Below, in pieces: positions 1-12,905 of a DNA stretch of 64,000 nt. Every line of letters begins with the position of its first letter. Positions within the stretch are counted from its first letter, which is position 1. Source of the stretch: Octopus bimaculoides (Eukaryota); the NCBI RefSeq assembly GCF_001194135.2, contig NC_068990.1, forward strand, positions 43,774,697-43,838,696, read 5' to 3'. Below the pieces are notes generated by a model. The model searched no databases and had not been told where the DNA came from. It worked only from the letters and a program-made list of their open reading frames with translations. Both the position numbers and the translations under genes were made by a program.

Positions 1-5
1 CTTCG

Positions 6-275
6 TTTAATGTCTGCTTTCCATGCTAGCATGGGTTGGACAAGTGAAATTGTAGTGGCTGATGCCAGTGTCACGTAAGTGACTCTGCTGCAGGTGGCAC
101 ATAAAAAGCACCCATTACACTCTTGGAGCGGTTGACGTTAGGAAGGGCATCCAGCCATAGAAACCATGCCAAATCAGATTGGGACCTGGTGCAGCTCTCC
201 AGCTTACCAGTTTCAGTCAAACCGTCTAACCCATGCCAACATGGAAAGCAGACGCTAAATGATGATGATGATGAT
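6..275 (+). mobile_element. RTE LINE 3' UTR end (+, ~85-275, (ATG)n tail), preceded by an inverted 36-bp copy of the same terminus (6-41)
   Basis: ttaggaagggcatccagc...aacccatgccaacatggaaagcagacgctaaatgatgatgatg is the terminus attached to RT-coding copies at 6385-7665 and 27290-29700. Confidence 0.8.
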
Positions 276-1040
276 TATAATTGAATGGGGAGACAAAAAA
301 AAAAAAGAAAAGAAGAAAAAATGCGCAGGTGACTCAGTTGATACCTTAGTTTCGTTTGTCTCCAGTGCCCATATAGAATTTTCCAGTGCCTCCATCCAGT
401 GAGCAATACTATCCCCTTTGAGAGATATTCCTTTAGCGGACTATAAATTCATCTTTTACTATCTGATTTTACTTTATCGAACTATCCCGGAAGGATGAAC
501 ATAAGGAACTGCTGTAACTAAATACCGCGATTAATTTTTATCGGACGTTCTACGATTCTGCCAAATCTATTTATAGGCCTTATAAAAGTGCGACTGCATC
601 AAGCACTAACAGGACAATGACACTCCATTGAAGTATCATTATGTTCATGTTTTCCCTTTCCGTTAACCATCAACTAAGCGAGGACTTCACTCAGTTAATG
701 TTATACTTCATACAATCTCCTGCACAAGCACGCAAAACTCTCTATATACCTATATGATACCATACTAAATGTGTGTGCGTGTGTTAATATATATGTATAT
801 ATCTAATATAAATGTATATTTACAAAAAATAGGCTGCAGGCATTGCTTTTCGTAGTTAACATGAGACTAAATAGCATAAAAATACTCAAATAAGCAGACA
901 AAATATAAAAAATGTCAACAATCAATGTCTGATTGATCTAAAAGTACTTTTGCAAATAGTGCGTTAATCTAGCACATTGCAGGAGCGTTAAGGTTGTCTT
1001 ATTTACTATTTTTGATATCCTTCCGCACGCTTTTATGTTG

Positions 1041-1046
1041 TCAGTC
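1041..1046 (+). promoter_or_regulatory. Possible initiator element (TCAGTC) of the host gene
   Basis: Matches the invertebrate Inr consensus TCAKTY about 50 nt upstream of the ATG, followed by a (CT)n tract, in a locally CpG-retaining stretch. Confidence 0.3.
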
Positions 1047-1090
1047 TCTCTCTCTCTCTGTTTTGGGAGAAAGAAAACAAATAATCCAAG

Positions 1091-1154
1091 ATGGCTACAC
1101 CGCGTCGGAAGTTACTTGCACTGTTGATTATTTCAACTATTTTACTACAATTTG
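1091..1154 (+). CDS. Coding exon 1 of a Shisa-like/CX (STMC6) single-pass membrane protein gene; most of the signal peptide (MATPRRKLLALLIISTILLQF + 1 nt)
   Basis: ATG in context ccaagATGG. Basic N-region followed by a hydrophobic core. Canonical donor G|GTAAGT at 1155. Phase 1 joins in frame to the exon at 52655 (G+TT = Val), completing ...QFVVEFCDA|GR. Confidence 0.85.
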
Positions 1155-1785
1155 GTAAGTCGATTATATAGTAAAAAAATGTTCAAATGAAACTTGGGAG
1201 GGCTCTAAACACTATCCCGCTTCTTTTTTCATGCCATGTGAAAGAGAACGAAGAAAACATTTGCTTCCAATTTTTGTGGTGACATGGTTACATATCTTAA
1301 GAGAAATGTCGTCTGTTTCGTTGTCTTAATTGTTGCTTCTCTATAATTTCAGCTGTCTATGATTCCTTGTTGTCTTCGTTTGTGTATACATATGCTAATT
1401 ATATATAATGTATGTTCTGTACTTTCTTTTGGCTATTACAACAAAGGCCATGCTGGCCACTGCAATCATGTTTAATTGATTTTTCATTTTTTTTTCTTTC
1501 TAAAGACAATTATACGTGCATGTACAAAAACATTTTCCGTTGTCTTCTGTTTGAGAGAGAGAGAGAAAGAGACAAAGATTGTAGTGGCTGCTTGTATACA
1601 GTTAAAAGGTATTTGTTTTACAATTACACCTGTCTCTGAAATGGGTGTAATAGTGAAAATTCGTCGGAGAAAGAGGCACGAAATTGCAGGTCTGGGCAAA
1701 AAATGAGGGGAAAAAAAAACAAAAGATTAATTTTTGAGGCAAAAAATTTTTTTTTTACAAAAGGCAACAACTACTTACTTCCTAT

Positions 1786-2302
1786 GTAAAGAATACGTAC
1801 ACCACCCGTTTTCGGCGTAACAAAAACCCAAACCCTAATACTAAACCCCAACTCTAACCTTAAACCTTAACCCGAACCCATAGGTGCAGGAGTGGCTGTT
1901 TGGTAAGTAGCTTGCTGACCAACCACATGGTTCCGGGTTCAGTCCCACTGCGTGGCACTTTGGGCAAGTGTCTTCTACTATAGCCTCGGGCCGACCAAAG
2001 CCTTGTGAGTGGATTTGGTAGACGGAAACTGAAAGACGTCCATCGTATATATGTATATACATCGTATATATGTGTAAGTGTATGTGTGCTTGTGTGTCTG
2101 TGTTTGTCCCCCAACCATCGCTTGGCAACCGATGCTGGTGTGTTTACGTCGGCAAAGAGAGACCGATAGAATAAGTACTAGGCTTACAAAAGAATAAGTT
2201 CTGGATTTGCTCGGCTAAAGGCGGTGCTCCAGCATGGCCGCAGTCAAATGACTGAAACACGTAAAAGAGTAACCCTAAACACCGGGTGTACGTATTCTTT
2301 AC
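1786..2302. mobile_element. Small TIR element with degenerate telomere-like (CCCTAA) repeats, interrupted by a SINE
   Basis: Perfect 18-bp TIR GTAAAGAATACGTACACC (1786-1803) / GGTGTACGTATTCTTTAC (2285-2302). Internal aaaccctaa/taaccc repeats lie on both sides of the SINE. Confidence 0.6.
1882..2272 (+). mobile_element. tRNA-derived SINE, family B, near full length
   Basis: A-box-like TGGCTGTTTGGT, B-box-like GGTTCAGTCC, internal (TA)/(TG) tract, tail ...gcatggccgcagtcaaatgactgaaac. More than ten related copies in the window. Confidence 0.85.
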
Positions 2303-3434
2303 TTTCGCCCATACATCTGTCGCACCTACATGTAAACACACACACACACACATTTACGTATTTATAATACTGTTTGCTAACTAGAAACAAACTTACACAA
2401 ACGACAAACACTGATCAAATAACACGAACCAAACGTAAGTGTTTTCTGCGTGATCAGTCGTTCTGATAGACAAAACAGTCAAATTCCCCTCAAATCACAC
2501 CCCATTGTCTGAGAAATAGATGGATACATTAGATACTATAGTTCTAAATATATAAAATAACATGCAGAATGGACACTCTTAGGAAGCCCTTGAAAATCTG
2601 TTTTTAAATCACATGGTATTAAAGACATCATGGACAATGTATTTCTAGATACATTGTCTGAGAATAATAATAGTAATAATAATAATAATAATGATTTCTT
2701 TATTAACCACAAAGGGTTTATATTAAGAAAAACATGGATAGTATAGGACAAAACAAAAAATGTGTCGTGAGGGTTTTGCGTGTATCCAAGATTAACAATG
2801 AAACAAAAACAAAAAATAATAAAAAGACGTGATGGTTACGATTGGAATGCTTTAATCTCATAAATACAATTGTCGAGTCATAATATATTCCCTACACACA
2901 CGGACACACTCATATATTCCATGTTATTTTTGACAATTGTTTTCCTGCATGAATGCTTTTGTTTTACTACTTTATTATTATCTAACCCCAGGATTGAACT
3001 GATCAAGTAAACCTCCGATCATATGCATTACGCCTGTAACTATCTCTCTGTAGTGTGTTTTGAAGGAGAAATGTAGCTGTTATTCTAGCTGACTGCAAAC
3101 TTTCCCGTGCTTTCAATGTGCAGTGGTTGTGGAGCGGTGTGTGTGTTTGTGTTTCTTGACATTTCTATTATGTTTATATTTACGTTTACCTTTGTTGTTG
3201 GCCATGTGGAGCTGTAATCAAAGGCATTCCAACAGTGGCCGTCTTGTGATTTTTTCAAACATCTCTTGGACTACATTAGACAATATGTATGTTTATTTGT
3301 AAGACTGTAGAATGTAATTTGAAGGAGATTCGATTGCTATTTCTAGCCGCTTGAGTGATTACATAAGAGCTCCCTCGTTCGTCTCCTTAACTGCGCGCGC
3401 NNNNNNNNNNNNNNNNNNNNNNNNNNNNNNNNNN

Positions 3435-3470
<36 letters not shown>

Positions 3471-5296
3471 GGTGAACATTTAAATATATGTGAATGTGTG
3501 GTGTATTGTTTTATTCGAAACAGAAGCGCCATTCCATCGTCGCTCGATAAAAAAAAAAAAACTAAAAAACTCTGCTACATGTTTCCTGTGCTCGTTTGTA
3601 CATTCAAACTTGCTTTTCTTTATTGCTTTTGTTCTGTCTCTCAGGTCGGCTTTTTCTTCTATCTTTTCATTCTGTCGGCAACACCTGTAACGATACTGGG
3701 ACATAGCTGTATCAGCCCTTGGCCAACATCGGTAGCATGGAGACAGGAAGACTTGTATGTATGTATGTATGTATGTATGTATGTTCATTCGGATACCAAT
3801 ATTGAAGGATCGCTAATAATAATAGTAATAAATAAAATCTTTTTAATGCTGAAATAGTTTTATAACCGGATGCCCTTTTATGTCACAAACCCTTACTTGT
3901 TTATCGAGTACAGAGTATCTTAGTCCACACATTTTACGAAGGTGCAAAACCAACAGACAACTCATTGATTGGGAATATTGGCAGCTGAGTTGTCTTTAAA
4001 CAAATGTAAACAATCTCACACGTGCTTTTTTTTTCAGTTTCCAGCTTGGGGATATAGTAAGAAAAACTTGCCTCAGATGCCATGCAATGGGACTGAATTG
4101 GAAACCATGTGATTGGGAAGCAGACTTCTAAAAATTACACAGTCATGCCCTGCACCCATTATATAATATGGTAGCAGAACTAAAATATAGAAAGGGTGAA
4201 GTTCTCTCTCTTTCTCTCCCCTTCATCCCCTTTTCCAAGTGAGGTAGCTATGTATCTATTGTAAGATAGCTGTCTCAATACTACCCCCTCCCCAGTCGAA
4301 GGGTCTTCTCTTTAAAGTTACTTAGTGACCTCACTGCTTTAAAGTATTTGGCGTTAGGAAGGGCATCCAGCTATCATAACCATGCCAAAGTAGACAGTAA
4401 AACTTGGTGCTGTCCTTTGGTTCACCAGTTCCTATCGAACTATCCAGCCCTTGCCAGCATAGAGAATGGATCTTAAATGATGATGTGGTGGTAATTGTCT
4501 ACGTCATGGGTATTTTATTATTTCAGTTTCATGGGGTATAAGACACAAATCAAAATTATAATGAAAAAGAAAAGGCCAACTGTTTGTTTTGGGTTAATTC
4601 CTATTATAATAGTTATGAAATGAAAAATGAAATCTTGTGACGAATGAAATTAAACTGAATGAAAGTAGATACAGAAATTGATACTTATGCAAGGGAAACT
4701 ACATGTACTGAATATCCTCAAATGAAGAAATACATTTCATTTATAATGGAAAGGTTTGTGATGTATCTTTCTCAATGAGTTAATGCAAATACAAAAAGAA
4801 TAAGCTATTTTATCTCTAGCCCTTAAAAGCTCCTCACCTTCCCAAACATTTTTACATTTCTACAACCCAGTAAGTTCCTGATGACCTTAAGAGAAAGGCA
4901 ATCAACACTACAGCTATTTTCTCTGTTTATATCACAGAGATTTTTTTTACTAATGTCCATTCAGTAGTGGGACTCCAGTAGTTTGATATTGTGATTTTCT
5001 TTTGAGTAGCCCTAGGTGAATGACACAATAAGATTCAAAAATAGCTTGGATGGAAACAAAGCAACAACATTATTTACATAATATATGGCTGAGGAGAAAA
5101 CTCCCCAGGAGAGTTTTTGGCATTCTAAATACTAATACAATAGAATGTCGCACAGTTAATACACCAAACTACCCATTGTCTTCTGTGGTCTAGTGGTATC
5201 TGCACTTGTTATATGAGAAATTTATACTCAGTTCTCAATTCTAGTCTTTGGATATTTGAGTTTTGTGTTTGTTGTTTTGGAGAAATTATTCTTTTA

Positions 5297-5890
5297 TTTG
5301 TTTCAGTCATTTGACTGCGGCCATGCTGGAACATCACCTTTAACGATTTTAGTCGAACAAATTGACTCCAGGACTTATTCTTTGTAAGCCTAGTACTTAT
5401 TCTATTGGTCTCTTTTGCAGAAGTACTAAGTTACCAGCACATAAACGCTCCAGCAAGTGATGGCAGGGACACACACATACACACAAATATATACATATAC
5501 ATATATATACAATGAGTTTCTTTCAGTTTCTTATCTCTTTACTGCCCACAAGGGGCTACACACAGAGGGGACAAACAAGGACAGACAAATGAATTAAGTC
5601 GATTATATCAACCTCCCCAGTGCATAACTGATACTTATTTAATTGACCCCGAAAGGATGAAAGGCAAAGTTGACCTCAGCGGAATTTGAACTCAGAATTT
5701 AAAAACAGAAGAAATACCGCTAAGCATTTCGCCTGGCATGCTATCGTTTCTGCCAGCTCGGCTTCTTTCAGTTTCTGTCTACCAAATCCACTCACAAGGC
5801 TATAGTAGAAGATACTTGGCCAGGATGCTATGCAGTGGGACTGAACCTGGAACCTTGTGGTTGGGAAGCAAGCTTCTTACTACACAGCCA
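5297..5890 (-). mobile_element. SINE family B interrupted by a family-C-headed SINE
   Basis: Reverse complement of the 1882-2272 element, split at its tttcagtttc motif. Confidence 0.8.
5532..5762 (-). mobile_element. tRNA-derived SINE with family C head and variant tail, nested in SINE B
   Basis: 14-bp TSD TTCTTTCAGTTTCT at 5518-5531 and 5763-5776. B-box GAGTTCAAAT on the - strand. Confidence 0.85.
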
Positions 5891-6384
5891 TGTTTAATAT
5901 GACTTCTGAGTTCAAATCCCTTTATGGTTAATTTTCCATTCATCCTTCTGACATTAAAGAGAATAAGGACCAGTCATGTACAAGCTTCTATGTAATACAC
6001 AGCACTTTTGCTCAGAATTATGACTTTATTTCTAGTTTAGAAGTCAATATTATTAAATTCTTCTAAGAATGCCTTGGCCTCTCATCTTCCAGTGCTAGTT
6101 AATTAAGTACCAGTAGAATAGGGGAAATTACATATCCACTTTCCCCTGTACTCTTGTATTTGTAGTTGATTACTACTTGGACTGCAGGTGGTAACATGGA
6201 CTCTCCAGTCTTTAGGGAAGATAATCTGTGTAGGAGATCAGTAACTCCAAATAAAAACTGGTACAGGGTAGGTAGAAAGCAACCTCTCTAATGCCAATGG
6301 TATGATAAAAGACGTCCAGTCTATGATGTAAATTGGTTGGTAAAAGGAAGGGCATCCAAGGGTAAAAAACCTCATCATGCCACC

Positions 6385-7665
6385 TCCTCATCATTGTTTA
6401 ATGTCCATTTTCCATGCTGGCATGGGTTGGACGGTTTGACTGGGGACTGTCAAGCCAGGAGGCCGCACCAGGCTCCAATCTGATCTGGCAGTGTTTCTAC
6501 AGCTGGATGCCCTTCCTAATGCCAACCACTGCGAGAGTGTAGTGGGTGCTTTTTACATGCCACCAGCATGGGAGCCAGTCGGCGGCATTGGCATTGACCA
6601 CATTTGGATGGTGCTTTTTATGTGTCACCGGCACGGGGAGCCAGTCAGTCGGCACTGGCAATGACCCAGTCAGTTGGCACAACTACAATTCCATTTGATT
6701 TTGATTTTACTTGACTCAATAGGTCTCCTCAAGCATGGAATGTCGCCTAATAATTCAAACGTACTTTTTAAAATCAAAGGTACTGGTGTAGGCAACGGCT
6801 GTGATCTCACTTTATTTGCCAGGTCTTCTCAATCACAGCATATCTCCAGAGGCCTTGGTCTTTCGTCATTGCCTCTGTGAGGCCCAACATTTGAAGGTCG
6901 TGCTTCACCACCTCATCCCATGTCTTCCTGGGTCTCCCTCTACCACGGGTTCCTTCCACTGTTAGGGATTGACACTTCTTCACACAGCTCTCCTCATCCA
7001 TACGCAGCACATGACCATACCAGCATAGTTGTCTCTCTTGCACACCACATTTAATGCTTCTTATGTCCAACTTTTCTCTCAGGATCATACTAGCTTCATT
7101 TTTTTTTCAAGCCGACGTATGTCTTCAGCAGTCATGACCCATGTTTCACTGCCATGTAGCATGGCAGTTTGCACACATGCATCATACAATCTACCTTTCA
7201 CTCTGAGCAAGAAGCCCTTTGTCACCAGTAGAGGTGGGAATTTTCTGAACTTTGCCCAGGCTATTCTTATTCTAGTGGCAACACTCTCCGAGCATCCAAC
7301 CCCACTACAGACTTGGTCACCTAGGTAACGGAAGCTATCAACTATTTCTAGTTTCTTCCCCTGGCATGTGATGGAATCAGTTTTCTGAGCATCTGTGGTG
7401 TTTATTGCCCCTGTGCATCTGCCGCACACAAAAGCTATCTTCCCAGTTAACCTTACTTTGATGTTGCTGCACCTCTTATGCATCTATAGCTTAAACTGGG
7501 TACATCGTATGGAGTTTCTACCTACACCTTTTCTACAGATCAAGCAAGGCTACCTACCTGAAGGGGTTTGTGATGTGTTCGCCTTTCTACTTACTAGGAC
7601 TTCGGTTTTTGCAACATTGACTCTAAGGCCCTTTGGTTCTAAACCTTGCTTCCACACCTGAAATT
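6385..7665 (-). mobile_element. 5'-truncated RTE-clade LINE (RT C-terminal region, 3' UTR, (ATG)n tail); pseudogenised
   Basis: ORF fragments ...LEIVDSFRYLGDQV...RIAWAKFR...GRLYDACVQTAMLHGSETW and ...RQLCWYGHVLRMDEESCVKK...GRGRPRKTWDEVV; frameshifts present. Confidence 0.92.
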
Positions 7666-8217
7666 TCCTTACTTCCCAAAATAAAAATAACAAAAACCAT
7701 TTTATACACAATAACAGAAATTGGCAGTTTTCTCTTTATCTTAGGTATCTGATAGCAAGGGACTGTAAAACAGCTTTCTCTTGCATATCAACATAGAAAA
7801 TCCCAATATATAATAATTATGATGATGTGTAATATACATTATCTTATCATTCCTTGGCTGTCCCTCAAGTCAAGTATGATACCCTTCCTAGAGTGTGAAG
7901 GGGTTGTATTCAGTGATGTCACTATGTCAAGTCTCCTCAACTGTGAAGGGATTCAATTCAGTGATGTTATTATGTCAAGTCATTTGGAGCAATCTCCAGT
8001 ATGTCACTGGTATTTACGTTAATAGATTCTGGAAGGAGAAAAGCTGCTACTACGAGACTTCATTGCTGAATTGGGAAAAGGAAAATTTGAATCATTTGTG
8101 TAGATTATAAGAGGTACCAGACCAAGTGCCTAGAAAATGGTGTTGTACCTGTATCTTTTTGTGTGCTATGGAAAATGGTGAATTCAGATGTGTTAAGTAG
8201 GGCCCTTGAAAGGAACA

Positions 8218-8530
8218 AGAAGTGTGTTGGTTTTCAATCATTAAATTGTGGCCATGCTGGGGCACCACCTTGAAGAATTGTTTAGTCAAATGAATCGACC
8301 CCAGTACTTAGTTTTTTTTTATGTTTGGTACTTATTCTATTGGCCTCTTTTTGCCAAACTGCTAAGTTACAGGGACATAAGCAAACACCAGTTGTCAAGT
8401 GGTGGTAGATACACACACACACAACAGGCGTCTTTCAGTTTCTGTTTACCAAATCCACTCACAAGGCTTTGGTCAGCCCAAGGTGTCACGCTGTGGAACT
8501 GAACCAGGAACCCTGTAATTGGGAAGCAAA
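8218..8530 (-). mobile_element. SINE family B, degenerate
   Basis: Same tail and body motifs in reverse complement. Confidence 0.7.
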
Positions 8531-9180
8531 CTTAAGTTTGGCATACAGTATGGATGATATCTATAGATGGTGGTTGTGCAGAAGTGATAGTATTGATGCA
8601 TGTATGTATAGCCTAGATGTGTGGATCCTGTTGTTACTATAATTGTTGTTGGTGGTGATGACGTGTGCATGCTGTTTAATTGGAGGTGTTGTAGTTATAT
8701 GTTTATCGGTGAGTGTTGTGTGTATGTGTGTGTTTGTGATATGCTCTATTACCTTATAGGTGAGCTGTACTTTAAATGTGATCTATATTTACTACATAAA
8801 GGAGTGATTAACATTATTAATGTAATCCTTCTCTCATCTATTCATCTCTTACATCTATATATATAATGAAGAAGCTTTTAAGTGTTTCATGGTGTTTGAT
8901 CTATTAGAAATAGATGTCAAATCGCCCTCAAATAACAATTCAGACTAAATGAAAAATAAAGAGTAAAATAAAAGAAATGGTCATTGCTGGAATGCTGATT
9001 TGGAACTACATTGTAACAACAACATAGTCTCACTGTGTCTCTTTAATCTCTTTAATTCACATTTTCTCTTTGAATTTTGTACCTTCTGTCTCCCTTTCTT
9101 ACACATAAACTGTTATTCAGAACACACATGCATGCACGTGTGCGTGCGTGCATGCGTGTCTGTATGTGTGTGTGTATATG

Positions 9181-9211
<31 letters not shown>

Positions 9212-9967
9212 TTGGAAATTGCTTATTTATATGTATTTCAATTAATTGTGTACCAAGCAATTTGGTTAATAAATAGGCTACTGAAATAAGTTGTTTGTAG
9301 ATAATGATTCCACTGTATGTGTGTTTGTGTGTATATATCAGTAGTTTCCCAAGCTTTTTCAAGCTGCTGCCATCTTGGCACTCAGGCCACATTACTAGCC
9401 TCCCCACATTCCTCACCCTCCCCACCACAAATATAGACCACTTTCTGCAGCAAATTCAAAACAATTGTATTTCACTAATAAAACTTAAAACTAATTAATA
9501 TATTTTTTTACATCTATCACCCCATTTTGGCCACCCCATTATCATCCCACTTTTCTTCAATGCCTTCCTGGATCTTTGCACTTCCCCCAAGGGGGCAGTA
9601 GTGCCCACTTTAGAAACCACTGATATACATTAATACATAGTGTATTCTATGATGGTAAGATCTACAAAAACTATACTCCATCTGGTGAGAGATAAATATT
9701 ATTTAATAAAGATAGTACAGTAATCTCGTGTCATATCGCAGTTCACCTATCATGCACTCAATACATTGCAGTTCACCTATTGCACACTCAGTACATCGCA
9801 GACTTTTCTGGCAAATACATGTAAATTTATATAACGGACTTCTTAGTATATCTGAGTTTCTGGGGCCAATAGGTATTTATATTTTTTAAAATTTTAATTA
9901 TTTCTGTGGGATGTTTTGGAACATAACACCTGCGATAATTGAGGGATTATTGTATATATTTTTTATG

Positions 9968-10700
9968 AGCTATCTTCCCAGTTAACCTTCCTTTGATGTT
10001 GCTGTACCTCTTATGTGTCCATAGCTTACACTGGGTGCATCTTTTTGGAATTTCTACCTACACCTTTTCTACAGATTGATCAGGGTCATCTACCTGAAAG
10101 GGTTTGTGATATGTTCGCCTTCCTACTTACTAGGACTTTGGCTTTTGCAACATTAATTCTAAGGCCCTTTGATTCTAAACCTTGCTTCCATACCTGAAAT
10201 TTCTTCTCTAGTTCTGGTAGTGATTCCGCTTTGAGAGCAAGGTCATCAGCATAGAGGCGCTTCCAGGGGCAACCTGTCTTGAATTCCTGTTATTGCCTGG
10301 AAGACCATGATGAATATGAGGGAGCTGAGGGCTGATCCTTAGTGAATCCCTACTTCTACCAGGAATTCTTCACTATACTCATTGCCAACCTTTACCTTAC
10401 TAACAGCATCCCTATACAGGGCCTCTACAGCTCTTATTAACCACTTGTCAATCCCCACGTCAGTTTTTGCATTGCCCACCAGATAAGGGATCAGGGGACC
10501 CTGTCAAAGCTTTCTCCATGTCAACAAAAGCCAAGTATAGGGGTTTCTCTTTGGCCAGGTATTTCTCCTGTAATTTCCGTACCAGGAATATAGCATCAGT
10601 GGTGCTTCTACCTGGCACAAAACCAAACTGCATCTCATCTAAGTAGACTCTCTTCCTAATTAGTTGGGCTATAACCCTCTCCATGACGTTCATCACTATA
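9968..10700 (-). mobile_element. RTE LINE internal RT-core fragment
   Basis: LDEMQFGFVPGRSTTDAIFLVRKLQEKYLAKEKPLYLAFVDMEKA and an LYADDL motif at ~10240-10258; frameshifted. Confidence 0.9.
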
Positions 10701-11909
10701 TATAGTACACTGATTAATGCTATTATATACACTTATTATTAAGTTTGCAGTGCTGTTGATTTTTGCTGTTGGATGTTTGGATCAACTTCTGTCACATTGC
10801 TAGCTGTGAGGAAGGATTCTCTTCATGAAGCTTCCCTTAGTAAAAGTATTTTGGTGGAATAAAATATGAATAAGAAGTGCCAACCAATTATGTATTATAT
10901 TCAATACTTGCCTACACATTTTTTGCAAGTGGAAGTTACATAATACATAAGATTTGAAATCTGTTTCTATGCAAGTTCTTTCTGAAGTACTTACTTAAAA
11001 ACTAAGAAAATTCAAGTTCTCCTATAAGTAAATATATGTGTATACATATGCATATAAGTCTTTATAGGTATCTAATTATATAACTATACATAGGCGCAAA
11101 AGTGGCTGTGTAGTAAGTAGCTTGCTTACCAACCACATGGTTCCAGTTGTGCACATTAATGATCTTGTTTTAACAATTTATTACATCATTAAGGAAGAAA
11201 ATCCTTTCAGATTTATCCACTGACTCTTTGTGTTGCTGTTAGTGTTGTTTAGTCTCAGATCAGTTCGGGTTGAGCAGCCACAGCATTCAAAGTTATTTTC
11301 ACCATGACGATCTGTCTTTTAAGGTATAGTTTATCACAAACACATCAGCCAAAATTTTCCTTCCTTATTCTTAAAAATGCTATGATTTGAAGATTTGGCT
11401 GTTAGTTTTTATCTACTTGAGTCACTATGGAGAAAGTTCCTTCATATGCTTGTGATTCTTTATACTCTTTCTTTCATAGTAAATGTTTCATTTTATTCTT
11501 GAGACTTTCTTTTATCAGCTTTAACAGATTCTGCCAGAAAGTCATTCATTTTTATATTGTCTTGAGACATCCACTGCTATAGTTTTATTAATCACTTCCT
11601 TTATTATGTTGACTGTACTGTTTAATACCTGCTACTTCCTGTGATCATTATATCCTACTACTTATTTTATAATTTTGAAAAATCTCAAGGTTCTTCTTAA
11701 TTTTCTTATCTTTGGTGTCTTGAAGTCAATTCTTATAACCTACTCCTCATAAATCAATTTGCTTAAGGATGATATTATCTTGATGGCTTAACAGTCATTG
11801 CACTTTTTCAGTCATGTTGATATCTCTTCATTTGAAATTCTTTTGATTAAGTTGCCAATATATTTACACTAGTTTATATTGCACATTTGACCAACATTCA
11901 ATCTTTTAA

Positions 11910-12120
11910 CCCTTTAGTATTTGAACTGGCCATATCAGACCAAAATATTCTACCTGCTTTATGTTCAAACTGGCCAGATCCAACCTCTCGCACCTACCTT
12001 ACAATGTCATTCTAAGAATAAGCAACAACACCATTAAAATGTAAAGGCTACAAGACAGATAATGCAGAATTAATTGAAAATACGAATTACATTTAACAGA
12101 ATAATTTGAATGCTAAAGGG
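11910..12120. mobile_element. piggyBac-type MITE (~211 bp)
   Basis: TTAA|CCCTTTAG...CTAAAGGG|TTCA, i.e. CCC/GGG ends with a TTAA site (one side mutated). Related copies at ~55612-55820 and ~56015-56184. Confidence 0.7.
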
Positions 12121-12205
12121 TTCAATGAGTTATACAAAATTTTGTCATGTCACACTAACATTGAATTATTGTCTTCATTACACTCAAGTATCTCTTGAAT
12201 ATAAT

Positions 12206-12563
12206 TTTATTTCTCAAACGCGTGATAATGCTATAAATAGTGTGATCAGGATAAATTATCCATATATTGCAGAAAAATATGTTACTAGCCAGCCATGAGA
12301 CTTGAACTCACATCTCTGTGATTACGTGTCAAGTGTTTTACCATTAAACTAAACTGCCCAGCAATGAATTCTTCTGCAATTTTAGAACTTACAAATTTAG
12401 CTTCATAAGATGCTAACGTTAAATTCAACTTTACGATGAAAGTAAACAAACAGAGATGTGAGTTCGAGTCTCATGACTGGCCAGTAACGTATTTTTCTGC
12501 AATATATGGATAATTTATCCTGATCACGCTATTTATAGCATCATCACGCGTTTGAGAAATAAA
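12206..12563. repeat. Inverted repeat, 114-bp arms (12206-12319 / 12450-12563), 6 mismatches
   Basis: Direct base-by-base comparison; all six differences are transitions. Confidence 0.95.
12287..12358 (-). pseudogene. tRNA-like pseudogene or SINE head (Thr-CGT-like anticodon loop), not a functional tRNA
   Basis: - strand GGCAGTT TA GTTT AATGGT AAAAC A CTTGA CACGTAA TCACA GAGAT GTGAG TTCAAGT CTCAT GGCTGGC T. T-arm is intact. Acceptor and anticodon stems are mismatched and U33 is lost. Confidence 0.55.
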
Positions 12564-12707
12564 TTTATTTCTGTATCTTACAATACATCTCAACGCTTCT
12601 AAAAACAAACTTTGTTTACTTTCATCGTAATCTTGAATATAAATTTTAATGTTTCTAAATTAGCATAGAATGCATATATTGATATTATTAAAAGGTCTTG
12701 GAGAAAA

Positions 12708-12905
12708 GATGTTGTTTAGTCCCATCTTAGCCTGACCAAGCAGACTTATGGTCAAAGGTATTCTGACCACAACCATCCTATCTTTTTGTATATCAGAGAC
12801 TACGTTGTTTAGAATACTCTTTTGAGTTTTTTTATAACATTAGGGTGGGATCTGAGAGAAATTTAGTTGGTAATTCTAATAGGTCAAGTAACTATGTAAA
12901 AGTTT
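12708..12905 (+). repeat. Unclassified interspersed repeat family F (gtttaaccccaggtcag...tatgatcaaaggtattc...gatttgagggagattt...atttctag)
   Basis: Diverged related copies at ~3190-3380, 11240-11440, 18345-18860 (split), 19968-20160 and 60580-60760. No TIR, tRNA head or ORF recognised. Confidence 0.55.

Noticed and set aside
1828-1880. Interstitial telomere
   Set aside because: Few, degenerate units enclosed by TIRs of a small element.
10240-10260. CTGATGA on the - strand as another hammerhead core
   Set aside because: It is the YADD codons (TAT GCT GAT GAC) of the RTE reverse transcriptase; no stem II or GAAA follows.
12287-12358. Functional tRNA-Thr gene
   Set aside because: Anticodon stem and acceptor stem are mismatched and U33 is replaced by A; kept only as a pseudogene or SINE head.
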